A DNA stretch of 64,000 nucleotides from Alphaproteobacteria bacterium (GTDB lineage Bacteria; Pseudomonadota; Alphaproteobacteria; CALKHQ01). The notes beneath the pieces are model-generated. The model was not told the origin of the DNA, did no database searches, and saw only the letters and a list, made by a program, of their open reading frames with translations. This document shows positions 62,413-64,000 of this stretch, in pieces (the stretch's first letter is position 1; each line of letters begins with the position of its first letter). The position numbers were made by a program, and so were the translations under genes. The DNA lies in contig CBDDFZ010000001.1 in NCBI GenBank assembly GCA_965227515.1, positions 2,880,001 through 2,944,000 of the forward strand, given 5' to 3'.

Positions 62413-62438
62413 TACGCCCTGGGCCGACGTTCGGATCA
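62413..62438 (-). promoter_or_regulatory. RpoE (ECF11)-dependent promoter for the FAD oxidoreductase-DUF1365-cfa operon
   Basis: Minus strand reads TGATCC-N15-GCGTA, the Rhodobacter RpoE consensus. Confidence 0.8.
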
Positions 62439-62481
62439 CGCCGGTTGCAGGCTCGCGATGCGATCGAACCTGTGCGCGGCA

Positions 62482-62507
62482 TGATCCAAAACGCGTCGCT
62501 GTGCGTA
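62482..62507 (+). promoter_or_regulatory. RpoE-dependent autoregulatory promoter of rpoE-chrR
   Basis: TGATCC-N15-GCGTA on the plus strand. Confidence 0.8.
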
Positions 62508-62795
62508 TTAGGGGTCATGAACGCTTGCTCAACAGCGTCGGAGTTTCACGTGCACACACGGGCACCGGGCGCGATGCCGTTCGGCATCGTGGGAATTGCC
62601 CCTGTCTGCGCGACGGCAGACCGGCTAGTCTCGGTTCTGGTTCATCGGCGACGGTCATGTCCCCTGGCTGCCCGATCTCAACGATCGACAATCGGTGCGT
62701 CAGGGAAGGCAGCATGGGCCGCCGCGGGTTTACCTCGATCCGCGGCCCGGAATGGTGGGGGGGTCGTTGCGGGGTTGGCGGCACAAAGAAACGAT

Positions 62796-63362
62796 ATGTC
62801 ACGTACGACGCAGTCGGTGCAAAACGATCTCGATGACAAGGTTGCAGCGGTTGCACGGTCGCAGGACATGGAGGCTTTCCGCGCGCTGTTCGAGCATTTC
62901 GCACCGCGCGTGAAGGCAATCCTGATGCGCCAGGGCGCGGATGCCGGCACCGCCGAGGACGTGGTGCAGGAAACCATGGCCAACGTCTGGCGCAAGGCGG
63001 CGCTGTTCGATCCGGCGAAGGCATCGTGCGCGACGTGGGTGTTTCGCATTGCGCGAAACGTGCGGATCGACCAGTTGCGGCGGACCAACCGGCCCGAGCC
63101 GGACATGGACGATCCGGCCCTTGTCCGCGACCCGGACCCGCAGGCCGACGAGATGCTGTCCCGCGGGCAGGATATCGAGCGCATCAAGAAGGTGGTGGCC
63201 GACTTGTCGCAGGAGCAGCAGGACGTGCTGAAGCTCGCGTTTTTCGAAGGCAAGCCGCATTCGGAGATTGCGGCCGAACTGGACATCCCATTGGGAACGG
63301 TTAAGTCCCGCATCAGGCTCGCCTTTCGGCACCTGCGCGTGGGCTTGGAGCGACAGGTATGA
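62796..63362 (+). CDS. rpoE: ECF sigma factor RpoE (ChrR-associated)
   Basis: AFRALFEHFAPRVKA, VWRKAALFDP, TWVFRIARNVRID, PLGTVKSRIRLA; coupled to chrR. Start uncertain. Confidence 0.92.
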   Translation: MSRTTQSVQNDLDDKVAAVARSQDMEAFRALFEHFAPRVKAILMRQGADAGTAEDVVQETMANVWRKAALFDPAKASCATWVFRIARNVRIDQLRRTNRPEPDMDDPALVRDPDPQADEMLSRGQDIERIKKVVADLSQEQQDVLKLAFFEGKPHSEIAAELDIPLGTVKSRIRLAFRHLRVGLERQV

Positions 63363-64000
63363 GCGCCATGACCATTCATCACCATCCGAGCGAGGAGCTG
63401 CTGCTCGACTATGCGTCGGGTGGCATCCACGAGGCATTCGGCGTGGCCATTGCGACCCATGTCGCGCTGTGCCCGGAGTGTCGTGCGATTGTCGCCGATA
63501 TGGAAGCCATAGGCGGTGCGTTTCTCGATACTGTCGATCCGTCGTCCGTGGGCGATGACACCTGGGCCGGCGTGGTTTCGCGCTTGCAGGATGCACCGCA
63601 ACAGCGGAGCGAAGTAGCCGAAGTGCGCGCCGTGGACGCGGGCAACCGGCCGATACTGCCGCAGCCCCTGCGCAGCTATCTGGGCGGTGACGTCGATGCG
63701 CTGAAGTGGCGCTGGGCCGGCGTCGGCGCCGCCCAGATCGTGCTGCCGACAAGCGAGGGCGGTGCCAAGGCCCGCCTGTTGCGGATCCCGGCCGGCCGGC
63801 CGGTGCCGCACCACACCCATGGCGGGCTGGAGCTGACCCTGGTGCTGGCCGGCGCCTACAGCGACGATACCGGTACCTTCGCGCGCGGCGACCTGCAGGA
63901 GGCCGACGAGAGCCTGAAGCACCAGCCCCATGCGGCCAAGGGCGAGGATTGCATCTGCCTGGCGGTCACCGACACGCCGCTGCGCTTCTCAAGCTTCGCG
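63359..64000 (+). CDS. chrR: Anti-sigma factor ChrR, 3'-truncated by window edge
   Basis: Hand translation MSAMTIHHHPSEELLLDYASG..ATHVALCPECR (ZAS motif), cupin VPHHTHGGLELTLVLAG..HQP..CICL; ATGA overlap with rpoE. Confidence 0.93.
   Translation, partial: MSAMTIHHHPSEELLLDYASGGIHEAFGVAIATHVALCPECRAIVADMEAIGGAFLDTVDPSSVGDDTWAGVVSRLQDAPQQRSEVAEVRAVDAGNRPILPQPLRSYLGGDVDALKWRWAGVGAAQIVLPTSEGGAKARLLRIPAGRPVPHHTHGGLELTLVLAGAYSDDTGTFARGDLQEADESLKHQPHAAKGEDCICLAVTDTPLRFSSFA

Overview
GC-rich alphaproteobacterial chromosome segment (gene order resembles Rhodospirillales). The backbone is DUF2066-hdaA-SDR-ppk1-ppx / rnd / parDE / aspS / eipB / dinB / ROK / divK / tRNA-Lys(CTT), then cbpAM and the complete cbb3 oxidase cluster ccoNOQP-GHIS. 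Further on are two secreted helical-repeat paralogues, a type I secretion locus (1864-aa acidic repeat protein, two ABC transporters, HlyD, two signalling proteins), an SDR/CmcJ-like/GST group, and the RpoE-ChrR locus with its furan/cyclopropane fatty-acid operon. The best candidate for an undescribed system is a ~10.1-kb integrase-free island (15547-25666) bounded by a 93-bp direct repeat of the cbpM 3' end. It carries a translationally coupled five-gene operon: acidic helical protein, basic helical protein, single-HKD PLD, HhH+PLD+DUF4332-like fusion, and a 2040-aa Rhs/YD protein ending in a PD-(D/E)xK nuclease-like tip, with no immunity gene and no secretion genes. A second, smaller insertion (MORN gene, flanked by a duplicated cfa 3' end) has the same architecture. 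All family calls come from reading motifs by eye; no searches were run.
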